Both the position numbers and the translations under genes were made by a program. A stretch of 62,703 bases of DNA, counting the filler, from Chiloscyllium plagiosum (taxonomy: Eukaryota): assembly GCF_004010195.1 (NCBI RefSeq). It is 3 parts of one record of this genome, joined end to end, with 100 filler letters (N's around TTAATTAATTAA, not from the genome) between each part and the next. Parts side by side here need not be neighbours in the genome. Positions count along the whole stretch, not along the records: positions 1 to 31,007 come from NC_057715.1; 2 more parts are not named here. The stretch is one strand, 5' to 3'. The notes under the pieces were generated by a model. It had not been told where the DNA came from. It made no database searches and worked only from the letters and a program-made list of their open reading frames with translations. This document shows positions 1-12,232 of the stretch, one piece after another (within the stretch, counting starts at the first letter, position 1; every line of letters starts with the position of its first letter).

Positions 1-257
1 CCAGAGTTCAATTCCCGCCTCAGGCGACTGACTGTGTGGAGTTTGCACATTCTCCCCATGTCTGCATGGGTTTTCTCCGGGTGCTCTGGTTTCCTCCCAC
101 AGTCCAAAGATATACGGGTCAGGCGAATTGGCCATGTTAAATTGCCCGTAGTTAGGTGCAGGGGTAAATGTAGGGGAATGGGTCTGGGTAAGTGCGCTTC
201 AGCGGGTCGGTGTGGACTTGTTGGGCCGAAGGGCCTGTTTCCACACTATAAGTAATC
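1..257 (+). mobile_element. HE1-type tRNA-derived V-SINE (5' end cut by window edge)
   Basis: B-box-like gttcaattccc, V-SINE core tgtgtggagtttgcacattctcccc, CR1-derived tail gggccgaagggcctgtttccacact. Confidence 0.85.
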
Positions 258-1139
258 ATAGAAAGCATGGGAACTCAACCATCTGCAAATTTCCCTCCAA
301 GCCATACACTCTCCTGATTTAGAAATATATCGGCATTCCTTCTGTATCAATGGATCAAAGTCCCAGATTTCCATTCCTAACAGCACAGTGGCTGCCCCTA
401 CTCATCAAGCACTGCAGCAGTTCAAGAGGCAGCTCACCAACATTTCCTCGAGGGAATTCAGGGTTGGACAACAAATGCTGCTCTATACAGTGACATTCAC
501 ATCACATGAACGAATATATTTTAAAAAGTAGTTTACACATGCACTCGTGCTGTTATACCCATGGCTCATTTTTAACTTGTACTGTGCCCAAATTACATAT
601 GTTTGGTTCAAGGTATCATCATAGTACACATTATATCAAAGGTTTATTTCATTAAACCAACATTGTGGGCACAATGTGCATTTTAAATTTATGATACGTA
701 TCCGTGTATATGTTCAATGAATACAGATGAGTTTATTCTGCACATTGTTATTTTTGTGCGAAATGTCTTCAAGGCAGAAATTGATAAATTCTTGATGTCA
801 CAAGGAATTAAGGGCTACGGGGAGAATGCGGGTAAGTGGAGTTGAAATGCCCATCAGCCATGATTGAATGGCGGAGTGGACTCGATGGGCCGAATGGCCT
901 TACTTCTGCTCCTATGTCTTATGATCTTATAGTCTTATTTACAGGGGATTGGAGGAAAACTTACTCACCCAGAGGATTGTGGGTTTCTGGAACGTATTGT
1001 GTGAAAAGGTGGTGGAGGTGGAAACACTCAAAACATTTAAGTATTTTAATGAGCACTTGAAGTACCTTGGCATATAAGGCTATGGGTCAATGCTGGAAAA
1101 AGGTTTGGTATAGATAGGTATAGAGAACCTAAACAGTGC

Positions 1140-1290
1140 AAAAGTGCTGACAAAGGGTCTCTGGACTTGAACGTTTAATTCTGTTTTTCTCTCTCTCTCC
1201 TGATAGATGCTTTCAGACCATGCAGAGTTTCTCCAGCACTTCCTATTTTTGTTTGAGATTTCCAGCGTCCACGGTGTTTTGTTTATTTTG
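1140..1290 (+). mobile_element. Old Penelope-like terminal repeat fragment with decayed hammerhead-like core
   Basis: ctgacaaagggtctctggacttgaacgtt followed by gagtttctccagcact...gatttccagc; related reverse copy at about 47648-47790. Confidence 0.5.
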
Positions 1291-1715
1291 GAATAGATGG
1301 TTGATTGATGACCGACATGAACATGATAGGCCAAATGGCCTATTTCCATACCGAAAAAGCACTGACTATATAAGATTCAATGTTACTTTGAAGATGAGTG
1401 ATATCTTAAAACAAAATGTGCCATCTCAATTCTGTGTAATTACTTCTGAGTGACAATAAACAATAATGATTTTTACAGGATAGGTTCCACACAAACTGAG
1501 TGATAGCCAATGAAGTAGTACAAACTAAATCATGGATGTGAGTTTGCTTGCTGAGCTGGAAGGTTTGTTTTGTCACCATACTAGTTAACATTATCAGTGA
1601 GCCTCCGGTGTTAGTGACCTGTTTTCTATTTATGTGCTTACGTTTCCTTGGGGTTGGTGATGTCATTTGCTGTGTTGATGTAATTTCCTGTCCTTTTTCT
1701 CAGAGGGTGGTAAAT

Positions 1716-2600
1716 AGAGTCATAGAGATGTACAGTAAGGAAACAGACACTTCGGTCCAACTCATCCATGCTGACCAGATATCCCAATCTATTCTAGTCT
1801 CATTTGCCAGCACTTGGCCCATATCCCTCTAAACCCTTCCTATTCATATACCCATTCAGATGCCTTTTAAATTATATCAGCCTTCCATGCACAAAAAGTT
1901 GTCCCTTAGGTCCCTTTTATGTCTTTTCCCTCTCACCCTAAACCTGTGCCGTCTAGCTCTGGATTCCCCCACTCCAAGGAAAAGATTTTGACTATTAATC
2001 CTATCCATGCTGCTCATGATTTTATAAACCTCTATGAGGTCACCCCTCACCCTCTGAGTCTCCAGGGAAAACAGCCCTAACCTATTCAGCCCCTACCCAT
2101 GGATCAAATCCTCCAACCCTGGCAACATCCTTTGTAAATCTCTTCTGAACCCTTTCAGGTTTCACAACATGCTTCCAATAGGAAGGAGACCAGAAGTGCA
2201 CACAATATTCCAAATGTGGCCTAACCAATGTTCGGCACAGCCGCAACATGACCTCCCAAATCCTATAATCAATGCTCTGACCAATAAAAGAAAGCATACC
2301 AAATGCCTTCTTCACTATCCTATCTACCTGTGACTTTAATTTCAAGGAGCTATGAACTAGCATTCCAAGGTCTTTTTGTTCAGCAACACTTCCTAGGACC
2401 TTACCATTAAGTAAAGAAGTCCAGCTAAGATTTGCTTTCCCAAAATGCAGCGCCTCGCATTTATCTAAATTAAACTCTATCTGCCACTCCTCAGCCCATT
2501 GGCCCATCTGCTCAAAATCCCGTTGATGTCTGAAATAACCTTCTTCGCTGTCCACTACATCTCCAATTTTGGTGTCAACTGCAAACTGATGATTTTACCT
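1716..2600 (-). mobile_element. CR1 (HER1-like) LINE, 3' part of ORF2 and tail
   Basis: ORF 2082-2555 has CR1 RT C-terminal motifs WQIEFNLDKCEALHFG and LVRPHLEYCVHFWSP. Confidence 0.9.
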
Positions 2601-2856
2601 AGTATAGTGACGAAAGGTCTGAAAATGAACTTTCCAGCTCAGCTAGCAAACTTCCATCCAGAACCTCTGCCTAAGCTACAAATCTTCTCAAAACTCACTA
2701 AAGCTAAATCATTTACCATTTGATTGTTATTTGTTTTATATTATTATATATCATATTATTTTAATTTCAATCCTTGTCTGTGTCTTTTTTACCTTGTTAT
2801 ATCATGAAGGCATACTTGTTAATTTAAGTTTTCATTTTTTTCAGTTTCCAAAGGTG

Positions 2857-2975
2857 ATGGCTCTACCATTCATTGTTCTCATCTTGAGGTTTTGCAACAC
2901 TCAAGCAGCTGGCAAAGGTGTGACTGTTAGTTTAGATGCAAAGTGGCCATCAACACCTTTATTGTTGGAGACAAG
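2857..2975 (+). CDS. UGGT2: UGGT2 first visible coding exon (signal peptide and N-terminus)
   Basis: Translates MALPFIVLILRFCNTQAAGKGVTVSLDAKWPSTPLLLET(S), matching the UGGT N-terminal K.VT..L.AKW..TPLLLE motif. Hydrophobic signal peptide; donor AG|GTAAG after 2975 (phase 2); pyrimidine tract plus AG at 2843-2844 upstream. Confidence 0.9.
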
Positions 2976-4399
2976 GTAAGATTAACTTTGAAACTGCTTC
3001 CTTCACATTTAACTTCACATATAGCTTCCCACTTTCTAAAGGTCCTTCTTTAACTTTAGTTTAACATGATTTATAAACTGTAATATATGTTCAGTTCTTA
3101 AAGTTTACAAATAAAAGCTGTGAATCAAAATTTGATTTGGTTCAGCTGATAGCCTATTTGCGGGGAGTGAAAAGACATTCATCCAACCCAATTCAGATGT
3201 TATATATATTAAGATTTTACTCAGGTTCACGATTTTGGTGTTGTGGACTAAATTTAAATAAACTGCTTGTATGTATACATGAACAAAGTAGAGCCAAATT
3301 ATATATATGAAGAGACAAAAAAGAGATCAAAGTAATGTTAAAAAAAAGTGCATTCTGACTCAGTATAATTTGACAATTGTTACTTGATATTCAAGATGTT
3401 AATGAGTGACTACAGTGTACAACATTCACAGGAATGCTTGATGCTTGAAGTATAGTGTTACTTGTTATGATAATGGACAGTGGAATAGGTTTCTTAGAGA
3501 TCTTTGTAATCACATGTCACAGTGAAACTGATTTACTGGTAATTGTCATTCTTGGTCAAATGCTCTACAACAGACCCAGGAATGACACAGGCAAAGATTC
3601 ATGGTGAAGAACTTTATGAATATGGGCCATAAGCCACCTTATTTTTCTCCTGCATGCTGTATGCTTACCACATATTTCAAATGATTTGTAATACATCCCA
3701 AAATTATTTTCTGAAAGAAATCCATCTAATTATTACTTGAAATAGTCAAACATAACTAGATTAGAATACAGTCTTCAGCATTTACTTACTTTTCCTTCAT
3801 CTCTTTTGTTGTCATTTTTAAATCTGAGCTGTGCACCAAGTCAAGCACTGCCAGCTAGCAATGGCCATTCATAGGAGGTACAGTGGGAAGAAAATGAAAA
3901 AGAAAACCTCCTGAGGGCACACTAGTTGCATGGATGACACGTCATTGCAAATAGAGTGTCACACATACATGTATTGCTATTTTGTACTTACATCTGTCTG
4001 ACTGTCATTGTAACTGCAGCTGTATGAATCAAGTTACCCAGGTTACTTTCCTTAATGTTTAGCATAGCGTAACATCATCTTATTGTTCAGTGTAGGGCCA
4101 TCACATCCTAGATTGCCCTCAAATAGTTGAAAATTTTCTCTTTTATTGAACATCAGAAAAAGAGAAGAAAAAGCAAACTAAAAAGCATTTATGAACTCAT
4201 TTACCTCTGGAAACAAGTAAGGACCACTTGCAACAGGTTTCCAATGAATGTGTGGTAACTGCTCCAGCTCACATCTACTGGTATGGAATGTCAATGAAGT
4301 CCTATCTGGCCTGTTGAGCTTGACAGTGTTGCACTCTGACATGCTGCAAGTAATGTTCTTCCTCCACAATGTTCTTATATTCATCTGCAGAAGACTGCT

Positions 4400-4700
4400 A
4401 CGGCCCTCACAACTCTTCAGATTCCATCACATCCATTCTTTGCCTGCTGCAGTTGTGCAGAGCACAGCATGCTAGAACTTTGCACCGAACTGTGTCTAAA
4501 GTGTACTGCAAGGGCCCCCAGACCAATCTAAGCATTGGAACCTTGCTTGTAGCAGGCCTATCATTTACTCCATGTTGGTACTGGTTGAAGAATGGGCAGC
4601 ATTTATCTACACTTGACTTCAAGTCAGGGATTGTGAAATGGAGATGTCATCTATGGTTAATGAAGAGAGTAGCTCTTGTCTCTCAGCCATTATCCTTGGA
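4400..4700 (-). pseudogene. Decayed PIF/Harbinger (HARBI1-like, DDE_Tnp_4) transposase C-terminal region
   Basis: Minus strand across frameshifts reads WLRDKSYSLH*P*MT / NAAHSSTSTNME*MIGLLQARFQCLDWSGG / LQYTLDTVRCKVLACCALHN, matching Harbinger W.LGD.GY..MTP, N.AH..TR..IE..IG.LK.RF.CLD.SGG.LQY and I.ACC.LHN. Confidence 0.82.
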
Positions 4701-5209
4701 AGACATCTGATAACAGGAACGTTTACCTCTGTGGTGATTACATCCACTGATCATGGTTCTAATGAATCTGTGTGAAGAATATCAGAAACAGAGTAGCTCC
4801 ATAGTAATGTGAGCAGTCAGCATTCACATCACTGTCTTAGCTTGCTCCTCTGTACAGTCAGACGTGGAGGACTTTGACAGGAATGGCTACTTCATGGACA
4901 AAGCAGCATCAGCCATTGTTGCACAAATGTTGGAGGAGATTGCAAGTGCGGTTGAATTCCTGATATCTTGTTGCCAATGTCACCTAAGAAAGGCAGCATT
5001 ATCTATAAGAACATGTTGATGAATACTTACTGTTCAAGATGAGAGTAAATCTCTATGCTCTTGTGCAGCTCAGGGGTCTTGAATTGTATTTCAATAGTGG
5101 ACTCCATGTGCCACTTTTAAGATCAATCCTAATTACTTCTGCTTCACAGAGATGACTGTGATCATTCTGTAATGATCAGTGACATAATCAAAATGCAGAA
5201 GAATGCATT

Positions 5210-5540
5210 CGGCAGCATGATAGTTCAGGGGTTAACACTGCTGCCTCAGCTCCAGAGAACTGGGTTTGATTCCATCCTTGAGTGACTATCTATGTGGAGT
5301 TTGCATATTCTCCCCGTGTCTGTGTGGAGTTCCGCTGGTGCTCTGGCTTCCTCCCACAGTCCAAAGATAGGCAAGTTAGGTCATGCTAAACTACCCATAG
5401 TGTTCAGGGATATGTAGATTAGGTACGTAGCCTTGGAAAATGCAGGGTTACAGGCATAGGATAGAGGGATGGGTCTGGGTGGTATGCTGTTCGAAGGGTC
5501 AGTGTGAACTCCTTGGGCCTGTTTCCACACTCCAGGGATT
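5210..5540 (+). mobile_element. HE1-type V-SINE, diverged
   Basis: tRNA-like head, V core and CR1-like tail with many substitutions. Confidence 0.8.
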
Positions 5541-5879
5541 CTTTGAATTATTTGTGACCAGGATTTTTATCTCACACAATTGGGCACTGCAAGTATTTCA
5601 AATGCTGGACAAAATGAATACAGATGGCTTTAACCTGTACTGTGTAAGTGCATTAATAATGCTATTGCCCTTGAAGGGCTTTAAGTTGCCTACAAGTAGA
5701 ACCCATGAGTTCAGACAGGAATAAAACACTGACTCCACTCATCCAGGTGTGATTTGTCATTTTCTAGTTCCATTGTGCTTTGGATGAGGGTGGAAGGTAA
5801 TGCATGGCACTCTTCACAGAGTGAGTCACATGCTAAGCCTAGTAATCAAGGGGAAGCTCCATACTTCCATGTTTCTTTC

Positions 5880-6161
5880 TTAGATTAGATTACTTACAGT
5901 GTGGAAACAGGCCCTTCGGCTGAACCAGTCCACATCGACCCTCCGAAGAGTAACCCACACCCCTCTGACTAATGCACCTAACACTATGGGCAATTTAGTA
6001 TGGCCAATTCACCTGACCTGCACATCTTTGGACTGTGGGAGAAAACCCACGCAGACACGGGGAGAATGTGCAAACTCCACACAATCACCTGAGGCTGGAA
6101 TCGAACCTGGGACCCTGGTGCTGTGAGGCAGCAGTGCTAACCACTGAGCTGCTGTGCCACC
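5880..6161 (-). mobile_element. HE1-type V-SINE
   Basis: Reverse complement of the HE1 pattern, with (tagat)n tail at 5880. Confidence 0.85.
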
Positions 6162-6517
6162 CCTTAATTCTTCTGTTCACTCTCCAATGGACCCATCAGT
6201 ACTGAGCTTCCATGTGTTTCTGCACAATTCTTTCAATCATTTCCCACCATTACACCCTGAGTGTTGCACCCATGTAAGAGTCCCATATACAGCTGAACAA
6301 TATCTAGCACTTGTTTACCTTTTTACCTTCCAATACTAGGTATTTACTATTCATCAGAGCCTATTATATGCTATCAGATTGCTATATTTTTCTCTAAATT
6401 AAGGTGCAAACAGATATATATAGAAGCATTATTTTATCGGTCGCATAAAAATAAAATTAATCTTTTGCATACTCCATATTCTCCTGTCTTGAAATGAAAA
6501 GGAATTTCAATAAGACT

Positions 6518-7407
6518 TGTTATGGACCAGGCCAGATTCCCTCAAAACTTTTCAAGAAGGTAGCCCAGACCCTAACTTTTCTAGTTGTTTTGAGCAGGTG
6601 TATAGTGGATGTTCCAGGAATGGTGCAGCTGATCAAAACCCTTCGGTTTTAAACAGAACAGAATTTATTTACAGAGTACCGAATGAAACACAAACAAAAG
6701 AGAACAGAATACAGGTGAACTTCGATTATCTGGCATTCGATTATCCGAATATCGGATTATCCGGCAAGATTGCAAGGACCGGATGCTCAGCTAAACTATG
6801 TTACCGGCATTCGATTATCCGGAATTTGATTAACTGAATGAAATACTGCCCTCCCGTGTCCTTTGGATATTCGAGATTCCTCTGTACAGAATAACTTAAT
6901 CTATCGGAAAACCCAACAGACTATAGCAACTTAATGACGCTGTTTCAAATTCCTGCAACAATCCCCATAAGTACCCCTTGGCAAAAAGGTAAGATCAGAC
7001 ACAGGTTCTTACAGAAGAGAGATTCACCGTGGAACACCTTCTTCCATGGTTCTTACAGGAGAGAGAGATGGCAGAGAGATTAACCATTGAACACTTTCTT
7101 CCATGTAGCTGTTACTTTGGATTCCCAGCTAACAACTTACCAGCCGCTCTGAACAGCAACACTGCTGAAAGCAGAAGTAAACCAAACCAGAGAAAAGCTG
7201 AGCTGGGAGAACTTGTACTTTCATTGTACAAGTTTTTTAAAACTTGAAAGCCTTTTGTCTGAGGCAGTATCTGTATCTAATCAAATCTAACTATAATCAA
7301 ATTGGCCCTAAAACACATCCAAACCAGACACATCGGAACCTGTGTCTTTATGATTCAAAGAACAACGAAGGATGACTTAACCTTGTTAACGGAGCAGCAT
7401 CATCACA
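6518..7407. mobile_element. Solo LTR (TG...CA), probably Gypsy-type, carrying a nested MITE
   Basis: Starts TGTTATGG, ends CATCACA; flanks gact/ggct form a near-matching 4-bp TSD; no coding internal region. Confidence 0.6.
6712..6884. mobile_element. pogo/Tigger-like MITE (Tc1-mariner superfamily)
   Basis: TA|CAGGTGAACTTCGATTATC ... GGATATTCGAGATTCCTCTG|TA: imperfect TIRs starting CAG, TA target duplication, internal cgattatccg repeats. Confidence 0.75.
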
Positions 7408-8134
7408 GGCTATATTTTCACATTCTCATAATTCATTAAATCACAAGGTGTTACTTTTCAAGGACATCCAACAATTTCTTTGGCCCAGCACTGTTCTTTA
7501 AAACAATGTAATAGCTGGTGACCTACATCGACTAATTTTAGTTTTAAAATTTCCTTTACTTCTAAAAATCTCTATTACAACCATAAGTCCAACCCTCAAT
7601 CTCTTTTCTGCAATACATTTTGCCAAGTGGCCTTACATCCAGAACAGATGACTGTCAATGTACCATTGTACAGGTACATTTCTTTCTCTTATGAAAGAGT
7701 TCCTTTAAAGTACTTGGTAAACACTGAATCGTATTGATCTCTTCTACCAGCTGAAGTATTCCGGCAGTTAAGATGCTTTTGAGTCCTCTTTTTTTTGATT
7801 CCCAGGTTAATAGACTCCATTTATCGTTTCTTTCCACTGAAAATGTGATGAATCCTTCTGTTGTTGAATCACCAGGATGATTGGCATGTGGAGTATCACT
7901 GAAACTAACTAGTTTAATTCCTTCTGGGGTACTATGGGCTGGACATCTGAGTGTATGCTATTCTAAACTTAATATTTTCAATTTTACTTAATATTTTGCT
8001 TGATTTTACTTTTACAGTTCTTTGAATTTTCTTTTGAAGCGATTAACTATCTCTGTATCCACCACCCTCACTTTTCTCCATCCCAACAGTGCTGCTAAAA
8101 TGTCCCATTTCTGGAACACTCTGACAATTCTCCT

Positions 8135-9180
8135 TTGATGTGGAGGTGCTGGTGTTGGACTGGGGTGGAGGTTGGGCCGAAGGGCCTGTTTCCACACTGT
8201 AATGTAATGTAATGTAATCTAATCTAATCTAACACTGCTCCTTCATTACGTAGCTAGTGGGGCAAGATCATAGGACACAGAATTTAGCGTAAAAGATCAA
8301 AGTGACATTCAACTGATGCGATTTACTGAAAAAAAACTAGGTTGCTGTTAAGTCTTTAATCACTTAGAATGGGGTTACAGGCTTCGATTCATTAATATGT
8401 AAATCCCAGAACTTCTTTCAAGTCACATTCTCAAGATAACTTAAGGTTTTATTTTTTAAAAAATGACGTTTCAGTTCAGACAATGCGTTAAAGGTGTGAG
8501 GTTAGAGGCTGTCTGTAGCCCAACCTTGAGTCAGACTAGTTCTATTTCCAAAGTAGGAATTTATATTATATCACATGGACAGACTGCCTACAGATTGTGT
8601 GCTTTATGAATAAAATAGAATGCACATTCACCCCTTAGACTTTTATATGTATGCTTGCGTGTGTGTGTGTCCGTGAGAGTGTGCATACTTGGTAGAGTGT
8701 GTGCGCAAATGTGACAGAGTATATGCCTGTGAGAGGGTGTACACGTGGGGGTGTATGTGTCTGAGAGAGAGTATATGTATGAGACAGAGTCTATGTGAGT
8801 GTGATCGTGTGTGCTTGTGTGAGTTTTTGTAGTGTAGTGGGGTGACATGAACCCAAGATCCCAGTTGTGGTCATCCTTATGGCTACCAAATTTGGCTATC
8901 AGCCTCTGCTTGGCAATTCTGCGTTGTTGTATGTCCCAAAGTCCACCTTGGAGGACGGTCACCGAAAGCTCCAAGGCCGAATGTCCTTGACCGCTGAAGT
9001 GTTCCTTGAGTGGACGGGACATCCCTGCCTGGTGACTGTTGCGTGTTGTGTGACGCTTTGATCTTTTACTATAAATTCTGTGTCCTGTGATCCTGCTCCA
9101 CTAGGTACCTGATGAAGGAGCAGCCCTCCGAAACTTTACATCCAAATAAAACTGTTGGTTATAATCTAGTGTTGTGTAAA
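8135..9180 (-). mobile_element. Penelope-like element remnant: endonuclease C-terminal part plus inverted terminal repeat
   Basis: Minus ORF 8588-9022 (EHFSGQGHSALELSVTVLQGGL...QRLIAKFGSH) resembles the region after the PLE GIY-YIG core; 8235-8303 and 9055-9125 are inverted copies; decayed CTGATGAAGGAGC..CTCCGAAA near 9109-9133. Confidence 0.75.
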
Positions 9181-11927
9181 ATTCTCCTCTGCACCTTCCT
9201 AAAATGTGATGACTGGATTTGGATACATAGTTTAGGATGGCCTAACTAGAGATTTACACATGTTCAGTATAACATCCCTGTAATTAAAAACATTGCTGCT
9301 ATTTATAACAAGATCCCAAATCTTTGCTAACCATATTTTCAGTATGCACTGACATCAGGTCCCTCTGTTCCAGCACACTCTGTAGAACTGTGCCATTAAG
9401 TCTGCATGATTTCACTGTAACCCTTCTGCCAAATGCACAGTTCTCTGTGTAAAATTTCACCTTTCTCTGATCTGCAGATTCTGCTGATCCAATTGTGCTT
9501 GGTTGCAGTTGGTTAACATTATTCTCACTCTCACTCCTCCTTGTTTGGAATCCTTGGCAATAAAAGAGCAGTGGTCCTATCAGTGACCCTTGGGGAACAC
9601 GACTGTCTATCATCGATTATACTGAAAAAATTAGTTATTTAGCACAAGTCAGTCTTTCTATCCTTTTTTACACACACACACACAAAATTTTGTCAAGCAG
9701 CCTTTTACATGGACATTATCAGGGGCATTCCATTCATTTAACCATTTCTGTTACTTCACCAAAAAAATTAAATTAGCTTAGTAAAACACATTCTGTCCTT
9801 TTTAAATCCAAGCTGGCTTTCTTTAGTTAATTCAAACCTCTTCATGTGCCTGTTCAGTTTTTTTTTCATGTTCATTGTTTCTAAACCCCTACCTACTTAA
9901 ACTAATTGGCCTGTAGTTATTAAGAATATCAAGTCCCCTTTCTTAAACATTTAACGTCACATCTGTGATTTTACAATTGTTCAAGCCTCTGACAGCTATA
10001 CTCCTTACTAGCATTCACTGCACCATCACCTGTACTATCTCCACTTCCACTGATATTTTCTCAAATTCCTCTCCATACATGTCTCACCCTTTTGGTTCCC
10101 AAATGGAACTGACTCCACTTCATGTTACACACTTATTGTTTTACATAGCAATAGATTTTAGGATTTACTTTTACATTATTGCCATCATATTCTCATTGTA
10201 TCTCTTTTATAGAACTGTCCAGCACAGCCCACGTTGAAATTCTCATGTTACCTCACTTTCCAATCTCACCCTATTGTACTTGAGCTATTCTTGTTTGAAT
10301 ATTTCATCTTATATGTATAACATTTTCATTATAAAGTCTTTCTCCCTTGTCATCCAAGAATCCCTGTTCTTGGTTCCCTTGCATCTTGTCCACTGTTGGA
10401 ATGGTCTGAGCCAAGGTCTGAAACATTTTTTCTTTAAAGATCACCCATTGTTTCACAGTGCTTCTTTGTGTTAGTCTTTAGTTCCACTTTAACGTGGTTA
10501 GATCATTTCTCATCCCAATTAAAATTAGTGAATCTGTTTGACTTGTCTTCTACCTCCCTATGTTCCCTATCCCAATGGAGGATCTGTGCAAATCCGCTCC
10601 TGCTGAAATAGGTGGAATAAGGGATGGCTCAAGATGATGATTGTAAGATGTGCTTTAGTTGCCAGTCAGGTGAATGAGGTGTGTATTTTAGGGCAGACAT
10701 TGCAAGCTCAGATTTTCACTGTGATGGATAGCATCTCTCCACCATAGCAAAAATGCTGGAAAATGTTAGAAATCAAAGTCCTGCTCATGAACCTGGCATT
10801 TCTGATTTTCATGAGCGTGGCTTTGGAGGGTTAGTCCATAGCCTGCCTGTGTGGAGCTCATGGAGGCAACTGGCCATTTTAATGATCAGCTGCCTCTACT
10901 GAAACAGGATTTTGGCATATCTGGAGTGTGGAGATTAAACCAGCTGAGGGCAAGTGTTCTCAGCAGTTGGTGGGATTTAAAGTCTATTAATAAATGGAGA
11001 ATATAAAGCTATCTCTGTGATGGTGACATCATTGATTGTTGTAAATACTTATTTGGTCCACTAACATCCTTTAGGCAAGGAAATCTGCTGTCCTTATCCA
11101 GTTTGACTGACATATGACATAACAATGTCGTTGACTATTAACTGCCCTCTGAAATATTTGTAGTAGCGCTCAGATTGACAGCAACAAGGAATCAGTAACA
11201 AATGCTGGCCATGCCAGTGACACCCACATCCCATAAAAGAACCTTTAAAAATTCTTTTTTTAAGATAACCAGGGCAGAACTTTGAAGAGGTAAGGTACAC
11301 CTTTGCATCTGATCCTAGGCACCTTTGGAAGAGGTAAGCTGCCTTTGTTGGTTATCATGCATCCTTTGGGATTATGAAAATTTGGCATTCTTGTGCAAAA
11401 AAACCCACTTTTTAAATTCATTCATGGAATGTTGGTGTCATTGGCTCGGCCAGCATTTATTGCCCATCCCGAAATGCTGCAGAGATGGTGTTGGTGAACT
11501 GTAGTGAAAGAGGTCTAGGTACACCTACAATGCTGTGAGAGAGATAGTTTCAGCATTTTAACTCAGTGACAGTAAAGGAACAGTGATACAGTTCCAAGAC
11601 AGTGCATCTTCTAGATGGTCGCACAGTGCCCTCTCTATGCATCACTGGTAAAGAAGTTAATGTTGAAAGTTGGATGGATGAGGTCATGTGGATTGCCTTG
11701 TCTGGATAGTGTTAAGCTTCTTGACTGTTGTTAGAATGACACCCATCCAGGCATGTGGGGAATATTCCATCACATCCCTGACTTGCGACATGTAGTGATG
11801 GACAAACGTTAGGAAGATGAGTTACTTACTGCAGGGTTCTTGACCTCTTACCTCTTGTAGTCACAGCATTTATATCACTAGTTCAATTCAGTTTCTGGTC
11901 CATGGTAACTGCCAGACTGTTGATAGG

Positions 11928-12232
11928 GGCGACATGGTGGCCCAGTGGTTAGTACTGCTGCCTCACAGCACCTCAGGCGACTGTCTGTGTGGAGTTTGCA
12001 TATTCTCCTTGTGTCTGTGTGGGTTTCTTCCGGTTTCCTCTCACAATCCAAAGATGTGCAGGTCAGGTGAATTGGACAAGCTAAATTGCCCATAGTGCTA
12101 GGTGCATTAGTCAGGGGTAAATGTAGGGTAGGGGAATGAGTCTGGGTGGGCTACTCTTCGGAGGGTTGGTATGGACTTGTTGGACTGAAGGGCCTGTTTC
12201 CATATTGTAGGAAATCTAATCTAATCTAATCT
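11928..12232 (+). mobile_element. HE1-type V-SINE inserted in an old CR1
   Basis: SINE pattern with (atcta)n tail; flanked by minus-strand CR1 debris at about 11410-11925 and 12235-12600. Confidence 0.8.
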
